In this document: positions 24,401-38,572 of the stretch, in pieces
How the letters are laid out: each line of letters opens with the position of its first letter
Numbering within the stretch: position 1 is the first letter of the stretch
Assembly: GCA_040954595.2 (NCBI GenBank)
Contig: CM082584.2
Span: 2,573,344 to 2,637,343, forward strand
Origin: Balanoglossus misakiensis
Taxonomy: Eukaryota > Animalia > Hemichordata
Direction: 5' to 3'
Length of the DNA stretch: 64,000 nucleotides
Notes under the pieces: generated by a model
What the model was told of the DNA's origin: nothing
Database searches by the model: none
What the model saw: only the letters and a program-made list of their open reading frames with translations
Translations under genes and position numbers: made by a program

Positions 24401-27400
24401 ATGGCATTCTCGGTACCTCTCGACCCGCAATTAAATGCCGAGCTGCGGACTTTGCTCGAAGAACGCCACGACGAGTTGGTCGAAACATTTAGTCCGCCGC
24501 AATCTAGGGAGAATTCCCAGTGTTCTGTTTCAGCCGATAGTGTACGCGATCACTGCCACCAGGGAGACGACGACGATAGCGATGAAGAAGAGCCAGTACC
24601 TGAAGCAGAGCCAGTCGAATTGGCGAGACTGTACTCTCAGTTACACCCAGAGATGGGTCAAGAAGATCGCGAAGAAGGAAATGACTGTGACGCCTTGGAT
24701 AAGCCATCGGTGGAGGCCGTAATGCGGACTGGGTGTGTTTGTAAACACCAGTGCTACTCGAACTTTGCTGTGGACAGGGTGTGGGAATACCGTTTGAACA
24801 TGTCAGAATTCCAGAAAGACCATCTTGATGTTCTCATCCTTGCAAAGTTAGAACAGTGTGAGGTTCATGGAGAACCTGTCCGTGGTGGTAAACGTGCGCG
24901 ACAGTCCTTTGATTACGTCTTTGATGGTCAACGCGTGTGTGAAAAAGTTTGGCGTTACATTCACAACTTGGGTGAGTGGCAGGGTATTTTTACGTTGGCA
25001 CCAATGATTTATTTACACGTCGTGATATCCTCATCACACCCTGTGCGAGCATGAGTACTCGAAATGTGGATTGTTAGGTGAATTATTGCATCCGATTGTT
25101 GATTTTTAATAGATTCCCCACATCACGTAGTTTACCGTAGTGCAGCAGTGACAGTCAATAAAGGATGATGATGTCATCTTTTTCCTCCCTCACATGACCT
25201 TTGTTTACTTGGGGATTTTTCTCAAAGAGTTTTCTAAGTGTCCTGGCCCCCACAATCTTGATGTTGATTTTTTAAGAGAAGACACAACTTTACAGTAATT
25301 TCTTTTTAAATGTGTATCAAACGATTTTGAGAAGATTTAAACTACAGAGAAGTCATTGTTTTGACATAATCTTGGGATAGTATTAGTTAGTATTATCATC
25401 CTATAACTCTAATTATAGGGGAGAAAAGGTTCAAGAATTTAAAGGCCCACTACAAAATCCATGGTGTGGTACCCAGAGATCATGGTCGTCGAGGAAAACG
25501 ACCAGCCAATGCCTATTCATTTGAAGTAAGTATTACATTTCTGCATGCCATAACAAATATCTTTAAGAAGTATATTCTTATACCATGTAAATGTGTATAA
25601 GAGTGTACTTATACTTGGTAATAAATTTCATATTTATGGTTTATTATTATCACGCAAACATGTGCTTTTATGTCAAAGGGACAGGAATAGGTGCTCAGTA
25701 CAGACAGGTTTCCAGATTAGACAGGGTTCGGTTTATTGTTGCCTTGAGTCGTAACAAAGGCGTCAGGATTTATTATAACACACCATGCAGCGAACACTCG
25801 ATCGTGATTCGTCAATACGCCGTCACGTGACCTTAGTCATTTCGAACTGTTCCCTAGGGCATGATTTCGATCGGTTTCTGCCTGGTACTGTTGCCTGGAT
25901 GTGGTGTGTGTCATGTTTGGTGTGTTATAAAACACATGATGACTGACATATTCGGGCAACGGTGTATTTTTGATGACCTCGGGACTGCTAGTCACAACTA
26001 AAACAGTCTTGTTTTCCCTATGCCCTCAGTCCCAAGGTCATCAAAAATACACTGTTGCCCTCATTGTCACAGTCAGTCATCATGTGTATACAGTAATACT
26101 GTATCTGGGCCCCTCAATATCTTGTCTCCTCCTCCTGACAGCTGCTTCATATGCTGGCCATCTTGAAGTAGTATTTTTCACCCACAGTTTGGAGCATGCC
26201 CAATTGACACTGAGACTTTCACATGGACCCTCCGACATTGAATCAGTGCTCGACCACACACAACATCCACTTTGCAGGATGAGAATAAAAATCTTGTCAA
26301 AATGAATAAATGGTAGAGACCGATTATTCATTTCGGCCAGTTTTTCACTCTCGCATCTTCAAGTGGGATGGAAGTTGTGTTTGGTCAACATTGATTCCCT
26401 ATATCCACACGTAGAATAACAAATGGTGTCTTGTATCAAACATAATTAATGGAAAAAAGGGCAGTGAGAGAGAGACTTTGTCCCTTTAGGTGGTTTGCTA
26501 TCTAACCTGTATATGTGTTCTCAGTGTTCACTAATTTATTTTGAGTGACTTAACTATTCTTTTTTCCAAACAGACAGTGCAAGATGCTGTTCAGTTCCTG
26601 GTCAGATATGCAGATGACAATGGTCTGCCTATGCCAGCTGCTCCTTGTGGTAGAGATGGAAGGCCTCCAATTTATCTTCCATCCTGTGACACCAAGGCTG
26701 GTATGTATAAGAAGTATGTGGAGGCCTGTAATGTTTGTCAGCCAACCAAGCAGCCTGTGGGGGAGACAACTTTCCGAAATATCTGGAAATTGTGTGTACC
26801 ACACATTCAGCGAATGGAACCTCGTACAGATGTGTGTGCCAAATGTGAACACTTCCGGAATGAAATTCAGTTTGCCTCAACAGAAGAAGACAAACTGAAC
26901 TCTAGTATTGCATTCTCAGGACACATTTTGAAATCACAAAATGAAAGAGAATTTCTGAACTTGTGCATTAGAAAGGCACAGGATGAACTCAGAGACATTG
27001 AAGTTCAGCCCCCATGTAGTCCTTGCTCTTATGATTTACATAATGTTCATTATACATTTGATTTTGCACAGAGTTTTCTGCTGCCCCATCAGTCTCGTCA
27101 AGTTAGTCCACTGTATTTTCTGAATCCACTACGTGTAAATTGCTTTGGTATATGTAATGATAGTCAACAATCTCAAATGAATTATCTGTTTGATGAGTCT
27201 GAGACCATTGGCATTGATAACAGAAAGTGCCATGGTGCCAATAATGTAGTTAGCATGCTTCACAATTATTTTGAGGAGCATGGATTGGGTGAAAAGAGTT
27301 GTCATTGCCATGCTGACAACTGTGGAGGTCAGAATAAAAACAAAACTGTCATTCATTATTTTTGTTACCGTACCAGTACTGGTTAACATGACGAAATTAA

Positions 27401-27887
27401 TTATCATTTCTTGGAACCAGGTCATACAAAGTGCATTTGTGATGCTTGTTTCGGTAAGATTCGGCAAGTGTATCGTAGAAGTGATGTTGACACAGTTCAG
27501 CAGCTGGCAGACATTGTGTCAAAAAGTTCACGAATAAACAATGTGAAATGTTATGGCAGTCGGAATTCTGATCCCAACTTTCAATGGTTTGAGTGGGATT
27601 CATTTTTTTCTTCATTTCTCAAACCATTGAAGGGAATTCGTGTTTATCATCATTTTAGATTCACCAAGAATGATCCTGGTGCTGTATATGTTAGAAAATT
27701 AGTCACAGATGATGAAATCCGTATAGATCTGCTCAAAAGAAATGCTACTTGGCCTCCATCACCACATATAAAACCCTCTGTATTGCCTGCTGGAGGAATG
27801 AGTTTAGCCAGATGGAGAGAGTTACAGAAGGAAATTGTTCCATTTGTCAGACAGCCATTTAGACATGCATTTTGCCCTGAAGAGTAA
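24401..27887 (+). pseudogene. Sola DDD transposase, three exons, one premature stop
   Basis: Exons 24401-24971, 25419-25525, 26574-27887; motifs PRTDVCAKC, HYTFDFAQ, HADNCGGQNKN, GHTKCICDACFG; in-frame TAA at 27384-27386. Confidence 0.85.
25771..26090. mobile_element. Second bipartite inverted-repeat element
   Basis: TTATAACACACCA..TGGTGTGTTATAA followed by ACACATGATGACTGAC..GTCAGTCATCATGTGT; shares GTGATTCG..CGTCACGTGA with 19112-19550. Confidence 0.5.
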
Positions 27888-28187
27888 ATCCAAAAACCCA
27901 CTGAATACTCTTGCATGTATGTAGTACTGAAAATAAATGCAAACTTGTAAATATTTAAATGTTATCTGAAAAAAATGATAGTTAGAATTGTATGTAGCAA
28001 TATCAGTGATGTAATGGTTGGAGTTCTGACACTACAGGTAGCCATGGCAACAGTTTAGATGGAGACTGCTGGTAGCCATGGCAACAGTTATGTCAATAAT
28101 GTCATGTAAATATTCATATTTTCGGAGGATGTGATGTGTAGAGTTTTGGCACTTGTGGTGTCTAATAAAATGTATTTTTAAATAGAA

Positions 28188-29462
28188 TTAAAGCTGCAAG
28201 CAGCGTTGGCGGGGCACAAGCGGTTCCCATGGTGACCAGCAAATGCCACGGCTGTATCTGCTGGGGATACCAAGATATGGGAAAGTAGGTCAAAGGTCAC
28301 CTGAGGTCACCCCAAATTTGGGCAAAAAAATTGGACCCCATACTAGTCTAGATCCAACAAAAAACCAGACCCCTAGCCTTATTGGTTCGCCTGCAATTAG
28401 GTATGCACATAATTAATGAGGTCTTGTGTAGGACTCCATTATGTGCTCGATCCCCATAAAAGCCAGGGCTCTAACTGCTCTGGATGCTGAGATATGGGAA
28501 AGTAGATCAAAGGTCACCCAAGGTCACCCAAAATTAGGGCATAAAATTTTGACCCCAGAGTGGGCCATGTCCAACCAATACCAGACCTCTAGCCCTATTG
28601 GGTAGCATGGAATTAGATATGCAGAAAAATTATGTTTCAGAAATAGGTCAAAGGTCATTGTCAAAAATACCAAAATATTTGTGTCATGTCCTGGCAGCAT
28701 TGGTATCCATGTCCACAAAATTCATGACTGTGGTGCTTTGACAAGAGGAGGTATGGGGATTATGCATATATAATTAGTTGTTTAAAATGGGTCAAAGGTC
28801 ATGTGAAAATTGCCCCGAAAAATTGTGACAACTTCCTATCATATGATGACTCATATCCAAAAAAAGAATTTCCATGCTGTCAACATTTTGGCTACAAAAC
28901 AGAATTATCACTTTTCAATGGTTTTCCGAATATCCAACATGACCGCCATAATGATCGACCAATCACAGTGCGCTTCGCAAACTTGATAGACATAGGTTAG
29001 GTGACCACATATCCCAAATCCCGAGACTCGGTAACCGCTGGTTCTGGAGAAGAAGATTTTTAAAGTTTTAAGTAGTTTTTCAGAAAAACAATTGTAGCAA
29101 AAAAACTTTATGTGTGACGTCATGATTTCAAGGGGTAAAATGATGGACAGAAGGTAGGCTACCTGCACACCAAATTTGAACTCGATCGGCCCAGCAGCTT
29201 TTGAGAAGGACTCGTTTAACGATTTTCAGGAAATCCAATATGGCCGCCAGGTCACGTGACTAATTTAATATTCACGAGCCACTGCACGTCTACTCATTGG
29301 CCCCTACCACCCTACCAAGTTTCAGCCCCCTAGGTGCAGCGGTTTCCCAGATCTACCTGGCCGAATTTCTCGGAAGAAGAAGAAGAAGAAGAATAATAAT
29401 AAAGAAAAATTCCAACAATAACAATGGGGGCACAAGCCGCCTGAGGGCGCTTGTGCCCCCAA
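28188..29462 (+). mobile_element. Helentron/Helitron-associated non-autonomous element (HINE/DINE-like)
   Basis: 5' TTAAAGCTGCAAGCAGCG with subterminal GGGGCACAAGCG; internal tandem duplications; (AAG)n(AAT)n microsatellite; 3' hairpin GGGGGCACAAGC..GCTTGTGCCCCC at 29426-29460. Confidence 0.65.
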
Positions 29463-32400
29463 CTAGCATCATCTTGTGTGCTTTCCACCCCTATGATATA
29501 ATGGAATGACAGACACCCCCTCTCCCCCTAAAAAGTTGATTTAGTCAGTACCTACGGTATAAATGGATACAGACTTTCCATGTAGTTGGGAAAAGATGTT
29601 TGGTTTTTAAACCTCTTTATTGTGAAACAAAAACAGTGAATTTTATTTGTGGGCTGAGGTCAAAGGTCATATGTCACATTCAATGGGCCACAAATGCCAT
29701 TTCCAGGTGTAAGTTCATAGTGAGCGGCACACATATGAAAAGAGGAGCACAGGTACTATCAAAAAACGACAAAAAATAAAAATCTAAAAATCCATGCATA
29801 AGGGCCCTTTTCCCTTGCGGCGGCCCATTTCTCGTCTGTCTTTTTTTTTATTAAGTTTTTGAGAAGTACCGACAAACTGTCCACAATGAAGCGGTCAAAT
29901 CCATGGATGATGCATTAAACGAGGTATGACATTTCACCACCCAAAAACAACTAAATAAATGTTATTTGATATTTTTATCATGCCACATTTTATCCGTGTG
30001 TTCATATAGGCCTAATACATTTTGTTTTTGAATCCAATTTCAGGAAATCGCATCGGAAGACCGCACCATTAAGCTGGGGATTGAAAATATGAGCGATGCA
30101 CGACACGGTACATGAAAGAATGCACAAAACTCTGACATAGTTGTACTTGGTGACATGTATGTAACAACTTTTCGTTAGAAATAACATTTTCCATCTCTAT
30201 GGCAATGATGGTTATATGTATGGTAATGTGTTACCCTTACACGCACTCAATCGCATCGCTATTTCTGTCGACAGTGAGTATTGTGTTTGGCATCAACACA
30301 CTTCTCCGAACTGACATGACACATGCTTTGACGTATACTGTTATTGTAATATATGGCAATTTTGGATTAAATTCGAATAACTTTATTTGTAACTATTTTT
30401 CTTTGTTTTCGAACCCATAAGTGCATCCATAAGAAGTTGGTCAGGAAGCACGATGACCCGTGTTCCCAAAGACACGAGATGGTTGGGATCAGGCGATTTT
30501 ATAACTGGGCTGATGAAAAAGGTAAAACATAGTATTAACACGGTGCTTTCCCATCAGTATCAGTAAAATCCTTGCTAAATGTTTTTACAAAACTTGAGGC
30601 ATGTACATGGACCACATATAAAACGATAATTATAATTCTATGCAAGAAAATATGTCACACTGACAACCGGCTATTGCAAATGATTACATTTACAGGGGTT
30701 CCAATTTTAGTTCATGGCCACGACAACAACGCGTCTGTAAACAAATTCCTGCGAGAGGAAAGGCCAGATACCATCAGCAGCAACGACACATGGCATGGTA
30801 AGGCTTCATTCTTACTTGACAGGGGAAGGTGTAGCAGAAAAAACACTCCAATTTAGTACATGTACATAAGGACGTCACATACATTTTTAGCTGACGACTT
30901 TTGATCATCTGTAAACTTATAATTTGAAAGTGAATATGTGTATTCAGGTTTGTTTTCAAGGCAGAGTTGCATCAATCCAGGCACCATTAATTGATTCTGT
31001 TTCATCGTGTACACGTAGGCGAGGAGCTGTAACATCAATGCTTGTTTTTATTTTACAGTTACCAAGGCAATAGGCCGAGAGATGAAACGAGTAACCACGG
31101 GGACACAACGAAACATGAACGTAACCTGGCACCCTGAACTTGCAGATAAAGGTAAAATCACACACATTTTATGTTTTCTCAATCGCAATGTTAAGTTTTC
31201 ACTTTTGGTCAGGTATCTGTGGTTACGAGTTTCTGTTTCATGTTCAGTTTTATGCGTTGAATATTTTTTTTTCTCTTATGCAGCTTTGAAAATGGAGATA
31301 TTAAACGTAAAGCCATTTCGTTTGTGATAACAATTATTACAAATTCAACTATGTGTTCACCTCTCCACAGGGGCCAATGTAAAGACACATTGCTACTGGG
31401 CCATGACACGGGCAAAACAACACCTTCTGGACAATGGCAACACAACCCGGGCACGAACCGAAGCAGCGGCGCTAATCCGAAAAAAATTAGACAATATTGT
31501 CGCTCATTATCAGGTAATTACCTTTGAATGAAACAAAAATAACTTTTTTGATTAAATAAAATAGTTGAAAATGTAACCATCGCCATCACACATTCTTTTA
31601 AAGTTATCTGTGGATGCCAACATCAGGACAAAACCGTGACTGTGCTTCTTAAATTCCATCAAATAGACGGTACATGTTATCTTTTCGATCTGTAGGATAA
31701 TCACGCTGGGTGTGACCCAAAATCGAGGTGTCGGAATAGCGCGAATTACGAAGCATCGTTCCGCCCAATCAGGCAATCGAAAGCAGCTGACCTCCTGAGG
31801 CATGCAGTTAGAAAGACGCAGCTGTACAAGAAGCCAGAGAATTATGTTGATGTGAGTTTTTTAAGTATTACATAGCATGAGGTAAATGTAGGTGTGCTTA
31901 GCTATGTGTATTGAATGACAATGTTTAGCTTGAAACACGATTTCAGAATACAGGTACATGTAGTTACAATGTGCAGTGTTTGAACACCACCATGCAGCAG
32001 ATAGAGCATAGCAGTATTTCTCTCAGGCTTTCTTGTACCGAGATTATGCTGTAGTTTTTGTCAGCTATATGCAGACACGATTATGGAAAACCAAAGTCTC
32101 TACTCTTTGTAAAGATTTTATTTTATTTTCCATTCTAGTGTAAAGACACACACTATGTTGAGAGCTTCAACAATGTTGCGCATCCCATTAAAAAAAAAAC
32201 TCCTATAAATTCAGGAGTGATCTCACCTGTCTGGACTGGGTAAGTTTTATTTTATTTCCGAGTGTGTTCATGTTTTCCCCATGATAATTTACAATGTTTC
32301 TGTGCAAGCTTATCACTGACAAAACAATAAAATATGACGCAGAAGCGAAAGTGGTGTCAACCAATACCAGGAAGAGTCGGCGAGGAAGGCAGTACAGGAG

Positions 32401-34924
32401 GAGGTCTGAGCGCAGGGTATTGACGGAAAAAACAAGTCGTTGGAGGACCAATGTGTGGAGGCGTTTTGTCGAAGAAGTTTTTAGTGCCTCTCTGTAGAAA
32501 CCCAGAGACGTATGCTCTAGTGCATACACATACCAAACGGCCCTTATCAGGGCCACCACATCCTTCAAAAAGAGAACTACCGTAATCACCAAAACACTTC
32601 GTAATAAAAAAATTAAAAAGAAATGCACAAATCATTACACAGGCACACATACTCACATATAAAAGTGAATAAAGAAGTACACTACACACCCGAGGATATG
32701 ACTTTGGTGTTATTTTAATGTACCATTCATTTTTGTCAAAAACAATCACCACTCAAAGAAAACTGCCAAAAATAAAGATGTATCGCATTATAATATGTAC
32801 AATAATGTCGTCTCTTAAAAAACCTTAAACGGACTCTTGACTTCAGTGATGCCCGGATTTGATGAAATATCGAAACGTACGGAAACGCAGAAAGTCAGTC
32901 AAAGAATTGTTTTGCTATCAATCACGTGATCTGGCCATGTGACCCACGGCGTTGTCATTTCCAAGTGACGGGCAAGCAATATTTCGCCATTCAGTAAAAG
33001 ATTTTTCCAAGTATGTTTTTATTTTAAAAACCGCCAGACACGTACCATGTATCAGGTATAATGCCTCCACGCTATTGAAGTTGCCCGTCATCTGGATATT
33101 TGAATGCTAACGTAACTGTGCCTGAGCGTGCGTGCTGCTGTACACGGGCGCGACAGCTTCACGAGTGCATATAGCCGCGCCTATAGGCCCATGTCGCAAT
33201 AGCAATAGATAGGACTTTCTACCTGCAAATCATGACGCACCAAGTATCAAGACATGCTGCCAATCATTTATAGTTTTGGTAATTCGACTTGTATTCCTTT
33301 CATGTGGAATTTTCGACAAGCATCTGAGCTCCCTTCAAAAATTACCGACGCCACGATCGCGATTGTCAGCAATTAAAACAATGCGGACATTTTCGCATCG
33401 TTCATTTCCGGGGATCAGTCTAGCTTGAACTGGGTTTGTATCGATGTCGATCTATAAACTTGATGATCGCGAATTCAGACATTTCAACGCCTATTTTGAG
33501 TAGCGATCCGCTCTCAAGTTGATAGGAAAATTATAGACAGGCCTGTGCCGAGCCGCCCCAGCCGTGCGCAAGTGGATTGACCGACGCGTGGTACGGTAGC
33601 CGGTCATGCATGCAGGATGACTGTTTTGCATGCTGCCGGCTGCGCCTCCAATCACAATTGCTTGAGGTCAAAGTCGTCATCAAGACGGTCCTGCCTCGCA
33701 GGACAAATGCAAGTAAGAATCAATACACGCTGATTTCAGATCATAGTGAGGTGAATACAGCTTCTTTGTGCGAGATTGCGTTGTAGGGCTTACTTTACAG
33801 AGCATTGTCCGAAGTTTCGCGATCGCATTCCAGAGCTTGCACCTGTGCGCGCTTGGGAGAATTGAGCGTCGAAGTGGTTAGAGCGATCGGCCTCTTGCTT
33901 TCCAGTTGACCGTAAACAGTCTCTACTGTACTCGTGTGCAGCTAGACCATGGCACGGCCGTTATCGTTATCTGTAATACCTAGCACCCTTTATAGGATTA
34001 GCTAAGGTGGTAAACTGTTGTGATTGGAGTGTGCTTTTAACGTACTGTAGGTTAAACATCGCAACTAGCCTAATGTTTGACTAGGAGGAGCACCTACTAA
34101 TGCGAAAACCAGGGATTGAAAATTGCCCCTTTAAACATCGACAGACAAATGACACATTTTTCCCCCTTTATTTTGTAGAACAGAAGTAAAATGTTCTTGG
34201 AGAAGCAAATTTAAATTGTTTTGTGTTCTTTTCACAATTTTAGAAAAATGAAATATGACGACAAGTTGACTGTAGAAACGGAAGGTTTGGGGTACTTTAG
34301 GCACATCACAGATAAATAAACACGAAACGCATTAATTTTTCAGCTGGAAAACTAAAGCCCTAGGCCTGCCCATCAGTTTCCTCCCATAGACAACCTTCAC
34401 AATGGGACACCATCCCTGTTTCGTTCAGGAATCTCCCTGGGTTACCTCCAGGGGACGTATAGAATGCATTAGTGACAATTAAAACGCCATCGACTTTATC
34501 CTGTATTATTTTGTAATATTTTCACGGAATCTGAGATTGAAAATTAAGTATTCCAACCATCAGCAATAATTTACTTTCAAAAAATCTAACCGTTGAGAGC
34601 TATTTATAGAATAGAGTAATTTTGACATTAAGGCCGAACCCTGTTGTTGAGTATTAAGATTTAATTTTAATGTTTCGATTAGTGATCTATTTCTTATGCA
34701 TGAATGAAAAAAAATAATTGACAGATCTCAGTCTTACAGATGTTTATTTTATCACCATGGTAACAACTTCTTATCGGTATATAGAGGGTTGTTTGTCTCG
34801 TATCGCGCTACTGATATTGAAAAGTAACCTTCCTAATTTCAACAAGCTGTAAATTTTATAGACGTGTAACTCGTGCTCATTTTCTTCTTCTTCTTCTTCT
34901 TTTTAATTTCTGTGCCGACGGCTT

Positions 34925-35070
34925 CAGTGCCCAACGTTCGATTCTGGCAGGTGGTTTCGAAATTGGATTGTTGTATATGTGGACCAATGGCTTGTGGTCT
35001 GTCACAATGGTGAATTTCTGACCATATACATACAAGTGGAATCGTTCGCATGCCCATACAACGGCAAGGC
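34925..35070 (-). pseudogene. Isolated Gypsy RNase H fragment
   Basis: LAVVWACERFHLYVYGQKFTIVTDHKPLVHIY..PPARIERWALK; differs from the Gypsy element at 3.7-18 kb; no LTRs nearby. Confidence 0.8.
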
Positions 35071-38000
35071 CGGGATCCAGCCGGGATCGAGCATTAAACA
35101 TGAAGCAGACGACAAAAAGTGACAAGACGGGCATCGCGCGTGGCAAAGTGAAAAATATTTCCACAGAGCAATTTCAAAATAAAACGTCCGTTAATTCAAC
35201 AGTATTGTTGTTTTATTTATTTGGTTTAAACACGCGCGACTGTGGTTTTTGCTGCCATATGCTAGTTCAGCAGGGGCCCGTTTTAGCTCTGCCAGCAGTG
35301 CATTATGAGTATTTTAGCATCGCTGGATTGAGCTCTCGTCCAATCAGAATTGCGGACGGTAGCATGATATAATATAATACTGTATATATACCATTTATAT
35401 ATTTGCGACAAAATTATGGTCATATATTGCCAAAGAAAACAATGGATTTCAAATAGAATTGTTTTATCAAATTCTGGATATATTTATTATTTAGCAGCAT
35501 TCAAAAATGGCTAACGATGCAGTTTTTAATTTATTAAATTCATCCATAAATTCATCCATATCAAACACAGAAATGCTGTCTACCTAGGATAGGATGACTA
35601 GAACAATCATCTATACAAAGTCAGTCCCCCCAGATCAATGAGAATAAAAAGTGCCTTGCTCAAGGGCACAAAATCATTGAAGTTTATGCCATTTCCACTC
35701 AAGTTGGACTGGAAGTCAAATATGAAGACATTTGTTGGAATTTCTCTTATCTCATATACTTATCTGCATTCTGATTGTGAGCTGATATGTTATGAGGGAT
35801 TTTATTCTGAAATTGTTCTTTTTGGTGCTATGGTCTATTTATTTCCTAAGTGTCACATTCCACTGGAATGAATTGTCTCTCCCATCAGAAAACAGCATCT
35901 AGACCCCCCCTGGGGATACCAAATGATGACTCCCTGAGTACTTAACTCACTCCAAAATAAAATCAACCCAGTGCCAATTCTTCAAACATTTCAAGTAAAA
36001 TTTGCCTGATAGAAGTTTCTCTTGATGAAAATCACTTGTGACTCTGAAGTGTTGCACAGAAAAGAACTTGTTTCTTTTTTTCTTTCTTCAAAGGGTGGAA
36101 AGTGTACCAGTCACAAATCAACGTCGTAACCAGGGTAACTACCAATTTCATGTCAAAGTTCATACATGCTATCCTCTGCTCGCATTAATAGCGATGTTTT
36201 GGGCGATTTCTGAGGGAGACTACACTTTCTAAATGCTCAATCATGAAGGTAGCTGTGTTGTGATTGGTTATCTACACATTTGTCTCAGTCAGCAACCAAT
36301 CAAAGCACAGCTTACTTTCCAGTAGTTGAGTGAAAAAAACATTCATTAAGTTGGTTATTTTCACAAAGATCAGTCCTCCAAACTCTTCCATGTTTTTGTA
36401 TTAAAGTGTATATGAAGTCGATTTGAAAAAAAAAAAGATTTTCATCACCTTGGTTTCATAAAAAAATAAACAATGTTCACCATGGAGTTATAGCGGCCAT
36501 TTTGAATTTCAAATTTGAGACAATTTTTGTCATTCAAATTTTTACAGTGAATAATTAATCTGTATTCTTTGTTTTAAGCAAGAATAATCTAAAGTTGTAT
36601 TAAGGAGAATATGACTGATTTTGAAGGTGCACATTAAAACCAAACATGAGAAGCAGTAGGAATAGTTCATGTCTTGTATTGCAATAATTTGGCAGCCCGT
36701 GTTCAACTCGGGGGGTGGGGGGTGGGGGGGGAATGCTAACAATGGACACACATATACACAAAAGATTGCAAAAGTAAAAGATTTATTTTGAACACATCAA
36801 GGATTTTAAAAACCTATAAAGAATCTTTCTGGCTGTGAAGAAGCAGTAAATAATTCATTTCTCAAGTCCTCATGAAAAAGAACTGTAAAACTGCACTTAT
36901 GGAAACTGCATTGCAAGGATTGGTAACAGATAATATTCATATCCAAGATGAGGTCATACATGGAATAACATTTAAAGGGACAAAATCTCTCTCTTGCTGC
37001 CATTTTTCTGTTAATTATGTTTGATACAAGACTGTGGATATATAGTGAATCAACGTTCGACCACCCACAACTTCCATCCCACTTGTAGACACGAGAGTAA
37101 AACACTCGTCAAAATGAATAATCGGTCTCTACAATTTATTCATTTTGGCGAGATTTTTACTCTTATATCCTTTAAACAGGCATAATTTTGAATGATAAAG
37201 CGAAACTGATTCAAATTTTAAAATCAAGATGGCCACCATTCAATGTGTATTGAGAAAATTTGAAGTATTTTTATTTTTGAGAAAGCAAATTTTTTTCTGT
37301 TTTCAAAGTGACTCTTCCCACATTTTAATACTAAAAATATAAAGATATGTCGACCACCTAAATAGCATGTCTGCAAAATGTGAATGGTGATGTCTGTATT
37401 AGTTTATAATTCAAAATTAAGAAAATAGTTTCTCAATCCTAATATGAGTGATCTTGAAGTGACAACTTGTGTACATAGAAAAAAGATGTTGAGAGTGTGT
37501 TCAATGTAATTGAAAGCAAGAAGTGTATGACAACCTCTCTTAAATTGCATATTCTTGGTTAGTCATTTGCTTTTGGGAAATAGTACACATCAAAACTGAA
37601 GTCCAGAACATTACACAAAATCATTGTGAACATGTTCTTAACAAGTGTTTCAGATTTCTGCTTAAACCTATTGGAATTATTGTTAGTGCAATTTGAAACA
37701 AACTAACTCTTTACAAACTAATTTGGCTTTACAAATCAGAGACATTGTATACTGACAGGATATGTATGTTTCAGCTTTTTTGGCTCAAAATGAACATCTG
37801 CAAAACATAGAGTGAATTTCCTAAATCTGTCAACAAACAAAAGTAATGTTTCTACTGAAGATATTGATGATCAGGATTAAAAATATTACTGTACAGCTTT
37901 TTGGTGAAAACAATAATTTGAATAAAAAATGTTGCAACAAATCACAAAAATCACTAGAATTTTTAAAAAATCAACTTTATTTTGCTATAATGGTCATTGA

Positions 38001-38572
38001 TGTCATTAGCTGCAGTTTGTAAACTCAACATGACAATTTCTTAGTTGTCACTTTCTCATAATTGTAATTGACTCACTTTATTTGCATGTGTCTCCATCCT
38101 GTGAAGCTGACATGACATCATGTTCCTTAGAGTGATTTAATTTGTAATTAACCATTACATACACTTCAAATAGGTCAGTATCTGCAGGATGGTCTTGTAC
38201 TGTATTTGGGTAATTCACTTTCTGTTATCTCATGCTAGATCTATGTCACAGATTCCATTCATTTATCTTTAGTTGTGTCACCTGTTGGTAGCTGTTTCTG
38301 CAATCACCATCTCCTCGTTGTACAGCCTGGTTATTGAGAAGACAGTAATGGTGGAGGGTGGTTTGGTGTATTGGCTTTGATTTCTCTGCAGGGCTTATAA
38401 CAGTATGTGTGTACGGAACCTTTTCCTTGCACACACACATTACGTTACTCAGTTAAATTTCTCAGACATTGCAACAAGTTCCATGGAAATACTGCCATCG
38501 TTTGCCATACTAATCAGAAATTGATATACTGACGTCACAATGGTCTGCTTCAGAGATGTTGATGTCATCATC

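Larger units (their letters stand above)
24013..29826 (+). mobile_element. Sola (Sola2-like) DNA transposon in an intron of the Mutator/Kolobok-like gene
   Basis: ~32-bp TIRs GGGTCGCCGCAAGGGAAAAGGGCCCTTATGCA / TGCATAAGGGCCCTTTTCCCTTGCGGCGGCCC; 4-bp TSD ATTT (24009-24012, 29827-29830); GRG..CYC termini. Confidence 0.9.
22987..32497 (+). pseudogene. Intron-rich Mutator/Kolobok-like DDE transposase gene, decayed
   Basis: About 11 exons (22987-23518, 23650-23753, 29856-29922, 30044-30155, ~30415-30521, 30696-30796, 31059-31151, 31371-31513, 31696-31851, 32139-32239, ~32310-32497; approximate). They give MSDARHG-x-KNA, HGHDNN, SNDTWH (D-xx-H), TWHPELADK, KTHCYWA, NIVAHYQDNH..C..SRC, DTHYVESFNN. 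Frameshift in exon 1 and an in-frame TGA after DARHGT. Superfamily uncertain. Confidence 0.72.

Noticed and set aside
32830-34130. GC-richer segment that could be a second transposon gene
   Set aside because: The frames I examined contain many stops and no identifiable motif.
21206-34135. TTAA-flanked candidate ends for the Mutator/Kolobok-like element (21206, ~32825, ~34131)
   Set aside because: No pair forms a convincing inverted repeat.
38290-38326. Short duplicate of COR coding sequence (matches ~39040-39072)
   Set aside because: Only ~35 bp, downstream of the stop and not in a sustained reading frame.
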